A stretch of 11,957 nt of DNA from a virus, in the UHGV virus genome UHGV-0339357; one strand, given 5' to 3'. A program made the translations under genes and the position numbers. Each line of letters opens with the position of its first letter. Position 1 is the first letter of the stretch. Below the pieces are notes generated by a model. The model made no database searches. It was not told where the DNA came from and was given only the letters and a program-made list of their open reading frames with translations. Positions 11,845-11,957 of this stretch are shown piece after piece.

Positions 11845-11957
11845 AAAAGCTGATAAAGTTGCTGATGATTTGGATGCATTCAATGTTGATGACTTCAATA
11901 CAAAAACTGAAGATGATTTTATGAGCTCAAGCTCTGGCAGTTCATCTAGTGCTGATG
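11802..11957. repeat. Perfect 43-bp inverted repeat (arms 11802-11844 and 11915-11957) separated by a 70-bp spacer
   Basis: 11915-11957 is the exact reverse complement of 11802-11844, verified base by base; the right arm ends at the window edge, so the repeat may be longer. Confidence 0.9.
11846..11957 (+). other. 32: Gene 32 internal coding segment in plus orientation ([37 protein letters not shown]), running off the window edge
   Basis: Plus-strand in-frame translation gives gp32-like C-terminal-domain sequence ending in the same [13 protein letters not shown] codons that occur on the minus strand at 11802-11844. Confidence 0.6.

Overview
This window is a T4-like (T-even, Tequatrovirus-type) phage early-gene block, almost entirely on the minus strand, in the order known from T4: gene 32 (3' end) - small frd-proximal ORFs - frd - td - two small ORFs - nrdA - nrdB - denA - rnlA (gene 63) - alc - i-spanin/o-spanin pair - two small ORFs - pseT. 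Identifications rest on motifs read directly from the translations and on my recollection of the T4 proteins and map; no database search was possible. Genes are tightly packed, with many ATGA/TAATG stop-start overlaps. Several ORF-track starts are non-ATG or extended and were re-set to internal ATGs with good Shine-Dalgarno sequences. Relative to T4 as I recall it, td and nrdB here are uninterrupted (no group I introns or intron homing endonucleases). The points most worth a second look are: (1) a 68-codon basic ORF sitting exactly between frd and td, which in T4 overlap directly; (2) a perfect 43-bp inverted repeat at the right edge, where the minus-strand gene 32 tail is followed by gene 32 coding sequence in the opposite orientation (rearrangement or assembly fold-back); (3) a Shine-Dalgarno/hairpin/start arrangement at denA; (4) unannotated small ORFs with good ribosome-binding sites, one of them on the plus strand; (5) candidate early and middle promoters and the gene 32 terminator. 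No tRNA, rRNA, CRISPR array or transposon was seen.
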